Positions 17,933 to 29,120 are shown, counted from the first letter of the stretch. The stretch is DNA of 53,656 bases from Smithella sp. SCADC (GCA_000747625.2 JQDQ01000168.1:1-53656), one strand, 5' to 3'. The notes: generated from the sequence alone by a model not told the origin. Program-made: numbers and translations.

Positions 17933-20482
17933 ATGAGTTACCTGCAAACGTTTCAAGTCTTTCCCTACATACCGGAGCCATTGAAGTTTCTGGAAGTGCT
18001 GGCAAATAATTTATGGTGGTGCTGGAACCTTGATGCTATCGAACTTTTTCGGCGCATTAATCCGAAATTGTGGGACGAATCGGGACACAATCCTATCGTT
18101 TTCTCAACTCTGATTGAGCAAAAAAAGTTCGATGAATTGTCGACTGATTCCAGCTTTCTGAGTTACATGGAAGAAGTTCGTGAACATTTTATCAAACAGG
18201 TTGCTGAACCATTTGATAAAGTCCAACGGCCAGGCAGAGGAAATGATGTCATAGCTTATTTCTCCATGGAGTTCGGCCTTCATGAATGTCTTCCGTTATT
18301 CGCCGGCGGATTGGGAATCCTTGCAGGAGATCATCTGAAGGCCTCTTCTGATCTTGGTATCCCCATGGTTGGAGTCGGCCTGTTATATCGTAACGGTTAT
18401 TTCCATCAATTTTTGAATCATGACGGATGGCAACAGGAAGGATATCCGGAAACAGACCTGTATAAACTCCCTATCGAAAGCGTTAAAGATACATCCGGCA
18501 ATGATTTGCACATTACAATTGCCGGTCCGGACGGAGCAATTCAGATCATGATCTGGGAAATCATGGTGGGCAGAATTCCGCTATACCTCCTGGATACAAA
18601 CATTAAAGAAAATCCTCCAAAGATTCGTGATATTAATTCAAGTTTGTATTCTGCCGATGGAAAAGTGCGCCTGGCCCAGGAAGCCGTTTTGGGCATCGGC
18701 GGGATGCGTGCTTTAAATGCGATGGGCATTAATCCGATTGTTTGTCATATCAATGAGGGACATTGTTCTTTTTGTAATATTGAAAGACTGGCGCAGATCC
18801 GATCCCGACATAATGTGGATTTGAAAACGGCCATGGGGATCAATGCGCGAACCACTGTGCTGACCACCCATACGCCGGTGCTGGCCGCACACGACGAATT
18901 CCCTCTTGATCAGGTTAAGCCTTATCTTGTTCCTTTTGAAAAAGATCTGGGACTTTCCGCCGACAATCTTTTAAAATGGGGTCAGACAGACCATGACATC
19001 AATAAAAGCCCCTTTTCTATGTTTGTTCTTGGATTGCATTTGACGCAGAACCGTAACGGTGTCAGTCGTCTCCACGGCTCCGTCGCCAAACGCATGTGGT
19101 CATTTGTGTGGCCCGGAATACCGGAAGAAGAAATTCCTATCAATTACATTACCAACGGCGTGCACATCCCTTCCTGGATATCTATCGAAATTTCCACTCT
19201 TTTTGAGCGATATTTCGGTCGGGACTGGCCTATGAAAACATCAAACACTGATATGGCCAAACGCATCGATAATATTTATGATGAAGAATTATGGCGTTCA
19301 CATGAAATGAGCAGAACCCGGTTAGTCCGTTTCTGCAGAAAATGGATGGTCAAACAATATGCGCGGAGAAATGCCCCCCAATACATTATGAAGGAAGCGG
19401 AATCCGTGCTGGATGATAATGTATTGACCATTGGCTTTGCGCGGCGATTTACCACCTATAAACGTGCAAATCTATTATTCAATGACATGGATCGGTTTGA
19501 AACTATTCTAAAAAATGAACAACATCCTGTTCAATTTATTTTTGCCGGAAAAGCTCATCCAATGGATAACGAAGGGAAAAAAATTATCCAGCAAATTGTT
19601 CATCTTTCCAGACATCCTGAATACCATCATAAAATTCTCTTTCTCGAAAATTATGACATTGACATTGCACGGCATCTGATTCAGGGAACCGACGTATGGT
19701 TGAACACACCGAGACGTCCCCTGGAGGCTTGCGGCACTTCAGGAATGAAGGCAGCAGCCAACGGAGTTCTCAATCTCAGTATTCTGGACGGCTGGTGGTG
19801 TGAAGGCTATTCTCCGGAAACAGGATGGGCTATCGGTACCGGAGAAGAATTTACTGATCATCAATATCAGGATGCCGTGGAAAGTCATGCCCTGTATAAC
19901 GTATTGGAAAATGATGTAATTCCTTGTTTTTATAACAGGGAAAACGGAGGACTCCCCTTACGCTGGCTGGCCATGATGAAGGCTTCAATTCGGCTGGCAC
20001 TGGAGCAATTCAGCGCACAAAAAATGGTCACCAATTACAACCATTTCTTTTACATGCCCGCTATTTCACAGTATGACGACCTGACGCGGGACAAGGCTGC
20101 GCAAGCCATCCGATTGAAGAATTTATATGAGCGACTTCGTGAAAAATGGTCTGCCCTATCTATAGAACTGCCTGTCAGAAAAGACAGTGGGGCATTGAAA
20201 GTTGGCGAATTTCTAAACATTTCAACAAATGTGCATTTGGGTGAACTTACGCCGGACGAGGTTGATGTGGAATTATTTTACGGACACATGAAAACTGTGG
20301 AAAGCCTTGCTGATGGGAAAACTCAACAAATGAAAGTTGTGGAAAATTTGGGCAACGGTATCTATCGGTATGAATGTTCGTTGCCCTGTACAATTGCCGG
20401 TCGTTTCGGATTTACGGCACGCGTAACTCCCAAAGCGGATTCCTTTATTAAATACGCCCCGGGATTAATTACCTGGGCATAA
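17933..20482 (+). CDS. glgP: Alpha-glucan (glycogen) phosphorylase
   Basis: YFSMEFG, GGLGILAGD, NEGH, ARRF..YKR, EACGTSGMKA, DGWW. Confidence 0.96.
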   Translation: MSYLQTFQVFPYIPEPLKFLEVLANNLWWCWNLDAIELFRRINPKLWDESGHNPIVFSTLIEQKKFDELSTDSSFLSYMEEVREHFIKQVAEPFDKVQRPGRGNDVIAYFSMEFGLHECLPLFAGGLGILAGDHLKASSDLGIPMVGVGLLYRNGYFHQFLNHDGWQQEGYPETDLYKLPIESVKDTSGNDLHITIAGPDGAIQIMIWEIMVGRIPLYLLDTNIKENPPKIRDINSSLYSADGKVRLAQEAVLGIGGMRALNAMGINPIVCHINEGHCSFCNIERLAQIRSRHNVDLKTAMGINARTTVLTTHTPVLAAHDEFPLDQVKPYLVPFEKDLGLSADNLLKWGQTDHDINKSPFSMFVLGLHLTQNRNGVSRLHGSVAKRMWSFVWPGIPEEEIPINYITNGVHIPSWISIEISTLFERYFGRDWPMKTSNTDMAKRIDNIYDEELWRSHEMSRTRLVRFCRKWMVKQYARRNAPQYIMKEAESVLDDNVLTIGFARRFTTYKRANLLFNDMDRFETILKNEQHPVQFIFAGKAHPMDNEGKKIIQQIVHLSRHPEYHHKILFLENYDIDIARHLIQGTDVWLNTPRRPLEACGTSGMKAAANGVLNLSILDGWWCEGYSPETGWAIGTGEEFTDHQYQDAVESHALYNVLENDVIPCFYNRENGGLPLRWLAMMKASIRLALEQFSAQKMVTNYNHFFYMPAISQYDDLTRDKAAQAIRLKNLYERLREKWSALSIELPVRKDSGALKVGEFLNISTNVHLGELTPDEVDVELFYGHMKTVESLADGKTQQMKVVENLGNGIYRYECSLPCTIAGRFGFTARVTPKADSFIKYAPGLITWA

Positions 20483-20629
20483 ACATAGCCTTTAATCAAG
20501 GTAAATATCTGTATCTCGTTGCATTGATTTTCGTTTCGGTGAATCAATTCATTTATGATTTGTGATTGATCGCGATACGATATTTTTGTGAAGTCATCTT
20601 TGAAAAAAACGAGGGAACGCTGACCCGAT

Positions 20630-22144
20630 ATGTTTCGCCGCAGAACAAAACCACGGGTGCTCATTGTAACTCCGGAAGTGACCTATCTCCCGGAAGGAAT
20701 GGGAAAAAACGTCAATCATCTAACCGCCAAAGCAGGAGGTCTTGCTGACGTCTCTGCAGCCCTGATCAACGCACTATTTGCGCAGGGAGGTGATGTTCAC
20801 GTTGCGCTACCCGATTATCGAAACATATATAATCAGGAATCAGAAAGATTATTCAAAAATGAATTAAAAAAAATAAAAAGAGAAGTCTCTAAGGAACGTA
20901 TTCATCTGGCCGAAGACAGGGCATTTTTTTACATGAATTCCGTTTATTCCAGCTACAACTGGGAAAACATAAAAATTTCATTGGCATTTCAAAGAGAAGT
21001 CATCAACAACATTATTCCCGTCGTCAAACCGGATTTGATCCATTGCAATGACTGGATGACGGGATTACTTCCGGCCAAAGCCCGGGAACTAGGTATCCCC
21101 TGCTTATTTACCATCCATAATATTTTTACGGTTAAGAAAACTCTTGCTGAAATTGAAGACCAGGGGATTGATGCCGCCATGTTCTGGAAACATTTGTTTT
21201 TTATGAGGCCACCCGGCTGTTATGAAGAAACGCGGAAAACTAATCCCGTGGATTTTCTGGTTAGTGGTGTTTTTGCAGCGCATTTTGTTAACACGGTTAG
21301 CCCCACTTTCCTTCTTGAAATTGTAGAGGGAAAACATCCGTTTGTTGAAGAACCTTTGAAACGGGAATTGACTTACAAATGGGAGGCTAACTGCGCTGCA
21401 GGCATATTGAATAGTCCCGACCCTTCTTTTAATCCGGAAAACGACTCCTCTCTGCCGTTCCGGTATCATGCTAAAAATTTCACCAGGGGCAAAGCCAGAA
21501 ACAAACAACATCTTCAAAAAAGCCTCGGTCTTATTGAAAACGAACAGGCACCTCTTTTTTTCTGGCCATCCCGTCTGGACAGAATCCAAAAAGGCAGTCC
21601 GCTTATGGCGCACATTCTTTATGATGTCATTTCCAAATACTGGAATATTTCCATGCAAATGGTCTTTGTGGCCGATGGTGAATTTCAGCAATACATCAGT
21701 CAGATTGTCTGGCAGTTCAATTTATCCGGAAGAGTTGCCGTATGTGATTTTGAAGAAAATCTGTCACGACTGGCCTACGCCGCATCGGATTTTATTCTCA
21801 TGCCATCAGCCTTCGAACCTTGTGGCTTGTCCCAGATGATTGCCACGATTTATGGTTCCCTGCCGGTTGCCCGGGACACGGGCGGCATTCACGACACGAT
21901 TCAAAAACTGAACACTGAAAACAATTCCGGAAACGGAATCCTGTTTGAAACTTATGACTCGCAGGGACTGATGTGGGCAATAGATCAGGCTGTGCAATTT
22001 TATATGCTGCCGCCATCTGAAAAAGAAAAACAGATATCCCGCATCATGAAAGAAAGTTTGGCATCTTTTAACCATTCGGTAACAGCAAAAATTTATACCG
22101 ATCTTTTTGAAAAAATGCTGAATCGTCCATTTATCAATCCATAA
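20630..22144 (+). CDS. glgA: Glycogen synthase (GT5)
   Basis: KAGGLADV, HCNDW, FTIHN, TVSP, MPSAFEPCGL.QM, TGG..DT. Confidence 0.9.
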   Translation: MFRRRTKPRVLIVTPEVTYLPEGMGKNVNHLTAKAGGLADVSAALINALFAQGGDVHVALPDYRNIYNQESERLFKNELKKIKREVSKERIHLAEDRAFFYMNSVYSSYNWENIKISLAFQREVINNIIPVVKPDLIHCNDWMTGLLPAKARELGIPCLFTIHNIFTVKKTLAEIEDQGIDAAMFWKHLFFMRPPGCYEETRKTNPVDFLVSGVFAAHFVNTVSPTFLLEIVEGKHPFVEEPLKRELTYKWEANCAAGILNSPDPSFNPENDSSLPFRYHAKNFTRGKARNKQHLQKSLGLIENEQAPLFFWPSRLDRIQKGSPLMAHILYDVISKYWNISMQMVFVADGEFQQYISQIVWQFNLSGRVAVCDFEENLSRLAYAASDFILMPSAFEPCGLSQMIATIYGSLPVARDTGGIHDTIQKLNTENNSGNGILFETYDSQGLMWAIDQAVQFYMLPPSEKEKQISRIMKESLASFNHSVTAKIYTDLFEKMLNRPFINP

Positions 22145-22203
22145 AAGTTTTTTGCAGGATAGTTAAAATAAGTGCATAATTCAAAATAGGATATTACGAA
22201 AAT

Positions 22204-24264
22204 ATGAGGGATAAACAACCGGAAAAAAAACCAACTGATCGAACCATATATACTCTAAACGACCGTTTGCAAATTATATTGGACAGCGATCCTTGTCTAC
22301 GTCCCTATAGTGAAATCATTGAGCGCAGACTGAACCACATTACCGGACTTGAGAAAAAGCTAATTGGTAAGAATAGAAAAAGTCTGTCTGATTTTGCCTC
22401 AGGCCATCAATATTTTGGGCTACACAAACATGATCACGAATGGATTTTTAGAGAATGGGCACCTAATGCCACAAAAATATTTTTTGTCGGCGAGATGACG
22501 GGTTGGGAAACCCAAAATGATTTCGCTCTTGAGCGTATAACTCATGACGGAATTTGGGAAATTCATTTTCCCGAAAATTTCCTGTCTCACGGTGACTTAT
22601 ACCGTCTCATGGTGCAATGGCCCGGTGGCGAGGGAGACCGCATTCCCGCTTACGCCAAAAGAGTTGTTCAGGATCCCGAAACACTGATTTTTAACGCCCA
22701 GGTATGGAATCATCCGGCTTACAAGTGGCAATATAAAACACCTGGACAGGCCATTCCTCCGCTGATTTATGAAGCTCATGTCGGTATGGCTCAGGAAGAA
22801 GGGAAGATAGGAACATATCGTGAATTTACCGAATTCATCATTCCCCGCATCGTCCGATTGGGATATAACACGATTCAACTGATGGGAATCCAGGAACACC
22901 CTTACTACGCTTCATTCGGCTATCAGGTGTCCAGCTTCTTTGCTGCTTCTTCGCGGTTCGGCACTCCGGATGATTTGAAAAAACTGATCGATACCGCCCA
23001 CAGCGCCGGACTGACAGTAATTATGGACATCATCCACTCCCACGCTGTCAGTAACGAAGTCGAGGGGCTCAGCCGTTTTGACGGAACGCTTTATCAATAT
23101 TTCCACAACGGCTTCCGCGGTTTTCATCACGCATGGGATTCGCGATGCTTTGATTACGAAAAACATCAGGTCCTTCATTTTTTGCTGTCGAACTGCCGTT
23201 TCTGGCTGGATGAATACCACTTTGATGGCTTTAGGTTTGACGGTATCACTAGCATGCTCTACCTGGATCACGGTCTGGAAAAAGCCTTTACCTCTTATAA
23301 CGATTATTTTAATTCAAACGTCGATGAGGATGCGCTCGCCTACTTGGCACTGGCCAATACTGTCATTCATGACATCAGACCGGATGCCATAACCATTGCA
23401 GAAGACATCAGCGGCACGCCATCCCTTGCCTCGCCCAAAAATAGAGGGGGAATCGGGTTTGATTACCGTCTTGCCATGGGTATCCCGGATTATTGGATTA
23501 AACTTGTTAAAGATTGCAGGGATGAAGATTGGCCGCTGGACCATCTCTGGTATGAACTCAACAACAGGCGTCACGATGAGAAAACCATCAGTTATGCCGA
23601 ATCCCACGACCAGGCTCTTGTCGGAGACAAAACGCTGATGTTTTGGATGGCCGACGCAGCCATGTATAATCATATGATCGCCCATAACACCAACCTGATC
23701 ATTGACCGGGCCATGGCTCTTCACAAACTGATACGCCTGATCACACTGGCGACTGCCGGACACGGCTATCAGAATTTCATGGGTAATGAATTCGGCCATC
23801 CCGAATGGATTGATTTCCCGAGGCAGGGCAATAACTGGTCATTTCACTACGCGAGAAGGCAATGGCATCTGACAGATGATTCGAGTTTGAAATACCAGTT
23901 CCTTGAACGTTTTGACAGGGATATGATTACGCTTGCCAAGCGTTTTGCCTTTCTTGAAGATCCATGGCCAACCCTTTTTCATGAGCATATCAACGATAAA
24001 GTCATAGTTTTCAGGCGGGGCAAACTAATCTTTATCTTCAACTTTCATCCTACGGCATCATATCCCGACTATCAACTACACATGCCGCCAGGAAAATACA
24101 AAATGATATTAAATACTGATGACGCAATATACGGAGGACACGCGCGACTGATATTCGATCAGGTTCATTTTACAATGCCGTTGTGCCCTGACGAAACAGT
24201 GCAAAACATTTTGAGGCTGTATCTCCCGACCAGAACAGCCATTATTTTAAAACTACAAAGCTAA
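22204..24264 (+). CDS. glgB: 1,4-alpha-glucan branching enzyme (GH13_8-like)
   Basis: FREWAPNA, IYEAHVGM, EHPYYASFGYQV, FDGFRFDGITSMLY, YAESHDQALVGDKT, NFMGNEFGHPEW.DFPR. Confidence 0.95.
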   Translation: MRDKQPEKKPTDRTIYTLNDRLQIILDSDPCLRPYSEIIERRLNHITGLEKKLIGKNRKSLSDFASGHQYFGLHKHDHEWIFREWAPNATKIFFVGEMTGWETQNDFALERITHDGIWEIHFPENFLSHGDLYRLMVQWPGGEGDRIPAYAKRVVQDPETLIFNAQVWNHPAYKWQYKTPGQAIPPLIYEAHVGMAQEEGKIGTYREFTEFIIPRIVRLGYNTIQLMGIQEHPYYASFGYQVSSFFAASSRFGTPDDLKKLIDTAHSAGLTVIMDIIHSHAVSNEVEGLSRFDGTLYQYFHNGFRGFHHAWDSRCFDYEKHQVLHFLLSNCRFWLDEYHFDGFRFDGITSMLYLDHGLEKAFTSYNDYFNSNVDEDALAYLALANTVIHDIRPDAITIAEDISGTPSLASPKNRGGIGFDYRLAMGIPDYWIKLVKDCRDEDWPLDHLWYELNNRRHDEKTISYAESHDQALVGDKTLMFWMADAAMYNHMIAHNTNLIIDRAMALHKLIRLITLATAGHGYQNFMGNEFGHPEWIDFPRQGNNWSFHYARRQWHLTDDSSLKYQFLERFDRDMITLAKRFAFLEDPWPTLFHEHINDKVIVFRRGKLIFIFNFHPTASYPDYQLHMPPGKYKMILNTDDAIYGGHARLIFDQVHFTMPLCPDETVQNILRLYLPTRTAIILKLQS

Positions 24265-24273
24265 TTTATATTG

Positions 24274-24406
24274 CTAGTGCATACTTGCAAAAGTTACCGA
24301 TATGTCATTTCGACCGAAGGGAGAAATCTTATTCAATGATTATAAAGATTTCTCAGTCACTTCGTTCCTTCGAAATGACACGGTTAATATTGAAATCAAG
24401 CACTAG
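24274..24406. mobile_element. CTAG-bounded palindromic element (family A); 24280-24407 identical to 53520-53647
   Basis: CTAGTGC...GCACTAG ends; core GTCATTTCGACCGAAGGGAGAAATCT-spacer-AGATTTCTC..CGAAATGAC. Confidence 0.85.
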
Positions 24407-24591
24407 CGGTATTTACTATGACAATCTCATGCAAAAAATTGTGCCTGAATAAAAAGTTAGATTTACAGGATTAATTCAAGAATATTAAAATTATGAACAA
24501 ATTTAAAAATATTCCGTTTGAATGAAATATTGCAAACATTTTTACAATATTATAAAAGCATTTTATCATTTAGAAATACGTAAGGCAAATA

Positions 24592-25587
24592 TTATTTCTC
24601 GTTGATGGATTCTTTGATTTTGAAACCGAAATGCCTTCCGCCTTCTTCGGTATAACCTAAAACTTTATCCCCCCTGGCTAACTTCACAACCGATACCGGT
24701 TCACCGGAAGGTTGCGTCAACCTGATTGTTTCCGCGTTTTGAAGAATAATAGAAACTTCTTTGTCGCCTGCTTTCGCCACAATATTGAGCATGGGTCTTT
24801 TTTCTATTTTGAGCCTGCCTACGGTGGAAACAATACTTTCTCCTTTTTGATTGACGATCAGGATTTCATCTCCCGTTTTGAGTTCGTCGAGGTATTTTGT
24901 TTTGCCGCCGGGCATCATGACGTAAGCATGGACAGCGCCGGCATTGACCCGAAATGGTCTGGGCTCCACATATGGATTTTCAACGCTTTCCGAATGCACC
25001 AGAAAAAAAGCGTTGCTGTAATTTCCGATCAGCATTCCTTCGCCCAATTTCATATCCGTGATGGTATCGATACAAACCCTGTCGCCCATAGAAACTTTTT
25101 GCACATCCTTGATGATAAACTCCTGTAGATCAAGCTGCGAACCAATGCCCTTGGCAAAGGCCACAATTTCTTTGACCACCGCCGGATTGTCCGTGCGAAC
25201 GAGAACTCCCCATACGCCTTTTTCGAGGATGGTTAAGGCAACTTTTGCATCCTCCATGGACGTGACAGGAAAAACGACTTTTGCGCCCTGGGCAATGATG
25301 TTTTCCAGCGGAATAATAGTCCAGTCCTGACTATCCACGATGGCCGTCTGGCTAGTCAAAGAAGCTATCCTCTCTTCATCTTTTTTATTTTTGATGGTGA
25401 TTTCCAGGACATCTTTTCCCAATCGCAAATCGCTTTTCTGGTCGTCGGCGATTACGCTGATCAGTCCCAGTGCTTTTACTTTTTCAATGTCCTCGCTATT
25501 CACCAAAACGGCATCGACACCGTTTTCAATGGCTGTCGTCACGAGATTCTTCTTCCAGTTACGGCAATCGAGCCAGACCTTTTTCAT
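24592..25587 (-). CDS. 3-dehydroquinate synthase II (archaeal-type AroB')
   Basis: DW.IIPLEN, LEKG, GDRVCIDT, GEGML.G, RPFRVNAG.VHAY, KIE.RP, LQNAETI. Confidence 0.95.
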   Translation of the reverse strand: MKKVWLDCRNWKKNLVTTAIENGVDAVLVNSEDIEKVKALGLISVIADDQKSDLRLGKDVLEITIKNKKDEERIASLTSQTAIVDSQDWTIIPLENIIAQGAKVVFPVTSMEDAKVALTILEKGVWGVLVRTDNPAVVKEIVAFAKGIGSQLDLQEFIIKDVQKVSMGDRVCIDTITDMKLGEGMLIGNYSNAFFLVHSESVENPYVEPRPFRVNAGAVHAYVMMPGGKTKYLDELKTGDEILIVNQKGESIVSTVGRLKIEKRPMLNIVAKAGDKEVSIILQNAETIRLTQPSGEPVSVVKLARGDKVLGYTEEGGRHFGFKIKESINEK

Positions 25588-26390
25588 TACTTAGCCTTTC
25601 CTTCCAGAATCGCCGTTGCGGCTTTCACGCTGGCATCCTCATGGATAATAGCCTTGATGGCCTTGATCATCCGGGATGGATATTCATGCTGAAAAACATT
25701 CCGGCCAATAGAAACTCCTCCACCGCCGGCAAGTATGGCATTTTTGATATTTTTCAAAACATCGACATCGTTTTTAGCCTTTTCTCCACCTGCTATCAAA
25801 ACGGGAACACCGCAGCCATCGACAACAGAACGGAAGCTGTCAACATCACCCGTGTAACTGACCTTGACCAGATCAGCGCCAAGCTCCGCTGCAACCCGGG
25901 CGGCATGTTTAACAACAGCGACATCGCTTTCCGTTTTTATCTTCTTTCCGCGAGTGTACATCATGGCCAGAAGCGGCATACCCCAGGCCTGGCATTGCTT
26001 GGAAACTTCGCCAAAATCTTTAAGCATTTCTGTTTCATCATCGGCGCCGATATTAACGTGAATGGAAACGCCGTCCGCACCCAATTTGATGGCCTCTTCC
26101 ACCGTGCAAACCAGAACTTTCGAATTGGGATCAGGACTCAACGACGTGCTGGCGGAGAGATGGACTATCAGACCGACATCGTTGCCGTGTCCGCGATGAC
26201 CTGTCCGAACGACACCTTTATGAATCACAATAGCATTGGCCCCACCATCAACCACCTTGCCAATAGTAGTCTTCATATCTACCAGACCGGATATGGGACC
26301 TGCCGATACGCCATGATCCATGGGAACAATCAGCGTCCGGCCATTTTCACGGTTCATAATACGCTCCATCCTAACCTGCTTGCCGATCAT
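25587..26390 (-). CDS. 2-amino-3,7-dideoxy-D-threo-hept-6-ulosonate synthase (AroA', DhnA-type class I aldolase)
   Basis: [37 protein letters not shown]; coupled to DHQ synthase II. Confidence 0.9.
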   Translation of the reverse strand: MIGKQVRMERIMNRENGRTLIVPMDHGVSAGPISGLVDMKTTIGKVVDGGANAIVIHKGVVRTGHRGHGNDVGLIVHLSASTSLSPDPNSKVLVCTVEEAIKLGADGVSIHVNIGADDETEMLKDFGEVSKQCQAWGMPLLAMMYTRGKKIKTESDVAVVKHAARVAAELGADLVKVSYTGDVDSFRSVVDGCGVPVLIAGGEKAKNDVDVLKNIKNAILAGGGGVSIGRNVFQHEYPSRMIKAIKAIIHEDASVKAATAILEGKAK

Positions 26391-26548
26391 AATATTGCCT
26401 CCTGTATTTTTTATATTTAAGAAAATAAGATTTGCACATTGCGTTTATTGTCAAAGACAAAACGCAATGTCAAGATTATTTTATAATCGCCGGATGATTA
26501 ACTCCGATGATGCAATAGAAGAAAATGCAACGTTCTGAAATTGTTTTT

Positions 26549-26574
26549 GTCATTTCGACCGTAGGGAGAAATCT
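26549..26574. repeat. Half copy of family A repeat
   Basis: GTCATTTCGACCGTAGGGAGAAATCT with no partner arm. Confidence 0.7.
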
Positions 26575-26590
26575 TTGGTAAACGAAAATA

Positions 26591-27574
26591 TTAGCATCCA
26601 ATGGCCAACTTCAGGGTATCCATATTCAGGTTGCCGCCGGACATGATCATAACCACTTTTTTGCCTGCAAGACGATCCCTGATTTTGTAAGCCGCTATCA
26701 GGGAAACGGCGCCGGCGGCCTCTGCCAGATTATGCGTGGTTGTCAGCGCCATTCTAATTCCTTCAAGTATCTCGTCTTCGGTCAGAAGTACGACATCACT
26801 GATGGTGTCCTTGAGGATGGTATAGGGCAGATGGAATACGGCTCTGGCGGCCAGTCCATCGGCAACCGTATGGGCTTCATCAAGAGTGACAATTTCTCCC
26901 TTCTTCCATGAATTATAAAAGGATGCGGCATTCTGAGCTTCTACGCCGATTATCTCGATTGCCGGTTTGAGCGCACGCATTGTTTTTAAAAGCGACGCGC
27001 AACCGGCGCCGCCGCCGACAGGACAAATGATAGTATCTACTCCCGGCAGGTCTTCCATGATCTCCAGTCCCATAGTGGCAAGGCCGTTTAAAATTTCCGG
27101 TTCGTTGCCCTGCTGAACATAGTAATAACCGGCGCTGTCCACAAGTTCTTCGCAGTATGATTGCGCGTCGTAGAAATCATCTCCGTGGACAATAAGTTCC
27201 GCGCCGTAACTCTCTATTGTTCTGTTAATTTCAGGATTGTTGCGCTCCGGCACGACAACCGTGCAGGGCACATTAAACCATTGTCCCGCCCAGGCCATGG
27301 CCAAGCCGTGATTGCCCCTGGTCGCGACAAGGATTCCGGCTTCCAGTTCCTCCCGGGACATGTGATGGAAGAAATTCAGAGCCCCTCTTATTTTGAATGA
27401 TCCGGTCGGGTTGTGGTTTTCATGCTTGACGAACGCCTCGCAGCCGATAAGCCTGGATAGTTCCGGATAATGCGTCAGGTTTGTTCTATTGAGGTACTTG
27501 TAAATAACGGATCTGGCCATGAAAGCCTTCGGCAGATTAACCTGCATGCTCAACGCTTCATATTTTTTCAGCAT
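26591..27574 (-). CDS. PLP-dependent threonine/serine dehydratase family protein (no ACT domain)
   Basis: KHENHNPTGSFKIRG, TRGNHG, PVGGG, ADGLA, SGGN. Confidence 0.88.
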   Translation of the reverse strand: MLKKYEALSMQVNLPKAFMARSVIYKYLNRTNLTHYPELSRLIGCEAFVKHENHNPTGSFKIRGALNFFHHMSREELEAGILVATRGNHGLAMAWAGQWFNVPCTVVVPERNNPEINRTIESYGAELIVHGDDFYDAQSYCEELVDSAGYYYVQQGNEPEILNGLATMGLEIMEDLPGVDTIICPVGGGAGCASLLKTMRALKPAIEIIGVEAQNAASFYNSWKKGEIVTLDEAHTVADGLAARAVFHLPYTILKDTISDVVLLTEDEILEGIRMALTTTHNLAEAAGAVSLIAAYKIRDRLAGKKVVMIMSGGNLNMDTLKLAIGC

Positions 27575-27615
27575 AAAAATTCCTCCTGATAACTACAGCG
27601 CTATAAAGCCATTTT

Positions 27616-28905
27616 CTAAATATGTTTGCTTATCAAATCGGCATATCTCGCGGCAGCGCCTATATTAGACAGCACAACCTCCTTGCCCCTTTCTCCTCTA
27701 TGCTTGAGTTCTTCGGGATTTTCCAGCGCCTTAAAAATTTCCCGCTGTAACTCCTCAGCGCTTCCTATAGTAACTCCGCAGCCTGCGTCTTCCAGCAGAG
27801 CCCTTTCCTGGCTGAAATCCTCCATTGAAGGACCGTAAAAAATTACCTTCCCCCAGGCCGCCGCCTCTAAAATATTTTGTCCACCTTTGGGAACAAGACT
27901 TCCGCCGCAATAAACAATAGTAGCCAGCGAATAAACCTTAAATAGTTCTCCGATAACATCAACGACAATGATTCGCTCGTCGTTTCTGTGACGTCCATTG
28001 TTCATATCCGAGAGCGTTATGAAATCGTTTAAATTTGCCCGCTGTAAAAGATTTATAACATCATTAGTCCTTTCAATGTGACGCGGCACAATAATGAGTT
28101 TAAAATCAGGATAACGTTTTAAAATATCCAGATAAACACTAATGACAATTTTTTCTTCATCTTCATGCGTGCTGCCCGCAACAAAAAATTTTTCGTTTTC
28201 CCGCGCATTGAAACGCAAAAATATTTCCTTTTGCAAAGCCGGTGAAACCATTGCCGCCAATCCGTCGTACTTGGCATTTCCCAGCACTTTAACTTTTGCG
28301 GAATCCAAACCGATAGCCCTGATCCTTTCCGCATCAATCATGGAAATCATTCCGGCGGCATCCAGATTATCCAGAATTTTTCTCCAGAAAAATGCCGTCT
28401 TCCGGTAACGGCGATAAGAGCGGGGAGAAATCCTTCCATTGACCATCAATGTTTTTATCCGAAACTCTTTGCAAACACGAAGGAAATTAGGCCACAGCTC
28501 CGTTTCCACCAGTACAAAAACATCGGCTTTAGCTAATTTGATAATTTTACGCACAACAAATGAAATGTCCAGAGGGAAATAAATAAATGCGTCCGCTCCC
28601 TTGATAAATCTGTGCGCCATTTCCTGGCCTGTTTCCGTGGAAGTAGAAAAAATGACCTTTATTTCCGGCCTTTTCATTTTCAGGCACGCGACTATCGGTG
28701 CGGCGGCGGTAACCTCACCAACTGAAACCGCGTGAATCCAGACTCGCGGCCCTTCCTTCAAATTGGTCAGTATTCTTAACTGTCTTCCACCTAATTTCGG
28801 GATTATGCTTTTGCGGTATTTACCGGTAAAAATTATTTTCAATAAAAAATAGGGCGCAATAAATATCGCGGCAGCAGATAAAATAATATTGTAGAAAATA
28901 TACAT
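27616..28905 (-). CDS. waaA: Kdo transferase
   Basis: WIHAVSVGE, ETELWPN, NGRIS, GSTH, VPRH.ER, GGS..GGQN.LE; start set to MYIFYN. Confidence 0.93.
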   Translation of the reverse strand: MYIFYNIILSAAAIFIAPYFLLKIIFTGKYRKSIIPKLGGRQLRILTNLKEGPRVWIHAVSVGEVTAAAPIVACLKMKRPEIKVIFSTSTETGQEMAHRFIKGADAFIYFPLDISFVVRKIIKLAKADVFVLVETELWPNFLRVCKEFRIKTLMVNGRISPRSYRRYRKTAFFWRKILDNLDAAGMISMIDAERIRAIGLDSAKVKVLGNAKYDGLAAMVSPALQKEIFLRFNARENEKFFVAGSTHEDEEKIVISVYLDILKRYPDFKLIIVPRHIERTNDVINLLQRANLNDFITLSDMNNGRHRNDERIIVVDVIGELFKVYSLATIVYCGGSLVPKGGQNILEAAAWGKVIFYGPSMEDFSQERALLEDAGCGVTIGSAEELQREIFKALENPEELKHRGERGKEVVLSNIGAAARYADLISKHI

Positions 28906-28960
28906 GGCGCTATTTTTAGATTTTTCCGCCGCAGTGTCAAGGGAATTAATGAGTCCCAAT

Positions 28961-29120
28961 TAATGTCCTCCGCTGGCGCGTCTAGTCCGGCGTATGCCTG
29001 GAGAGGTGTCCCGATACAATCGGGACGGAGGTGGATAAAATTCATGTAATTCGTAACTGACCAATACTACGTATGCTTCAAAAACTTCCACCCCCTTGCC
29101 CCCGCCAGCGGGGGACATTA
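28961..29120. repeat. Palindromic repeat family B, copy 3, with a 24-nt insertion in the left arm
   Basis: Near reverse complement of 9956-10090 including the spacer; insertion CGTCTAGTCCGGCGTATGCCTGGA. Confidence 0.85.
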
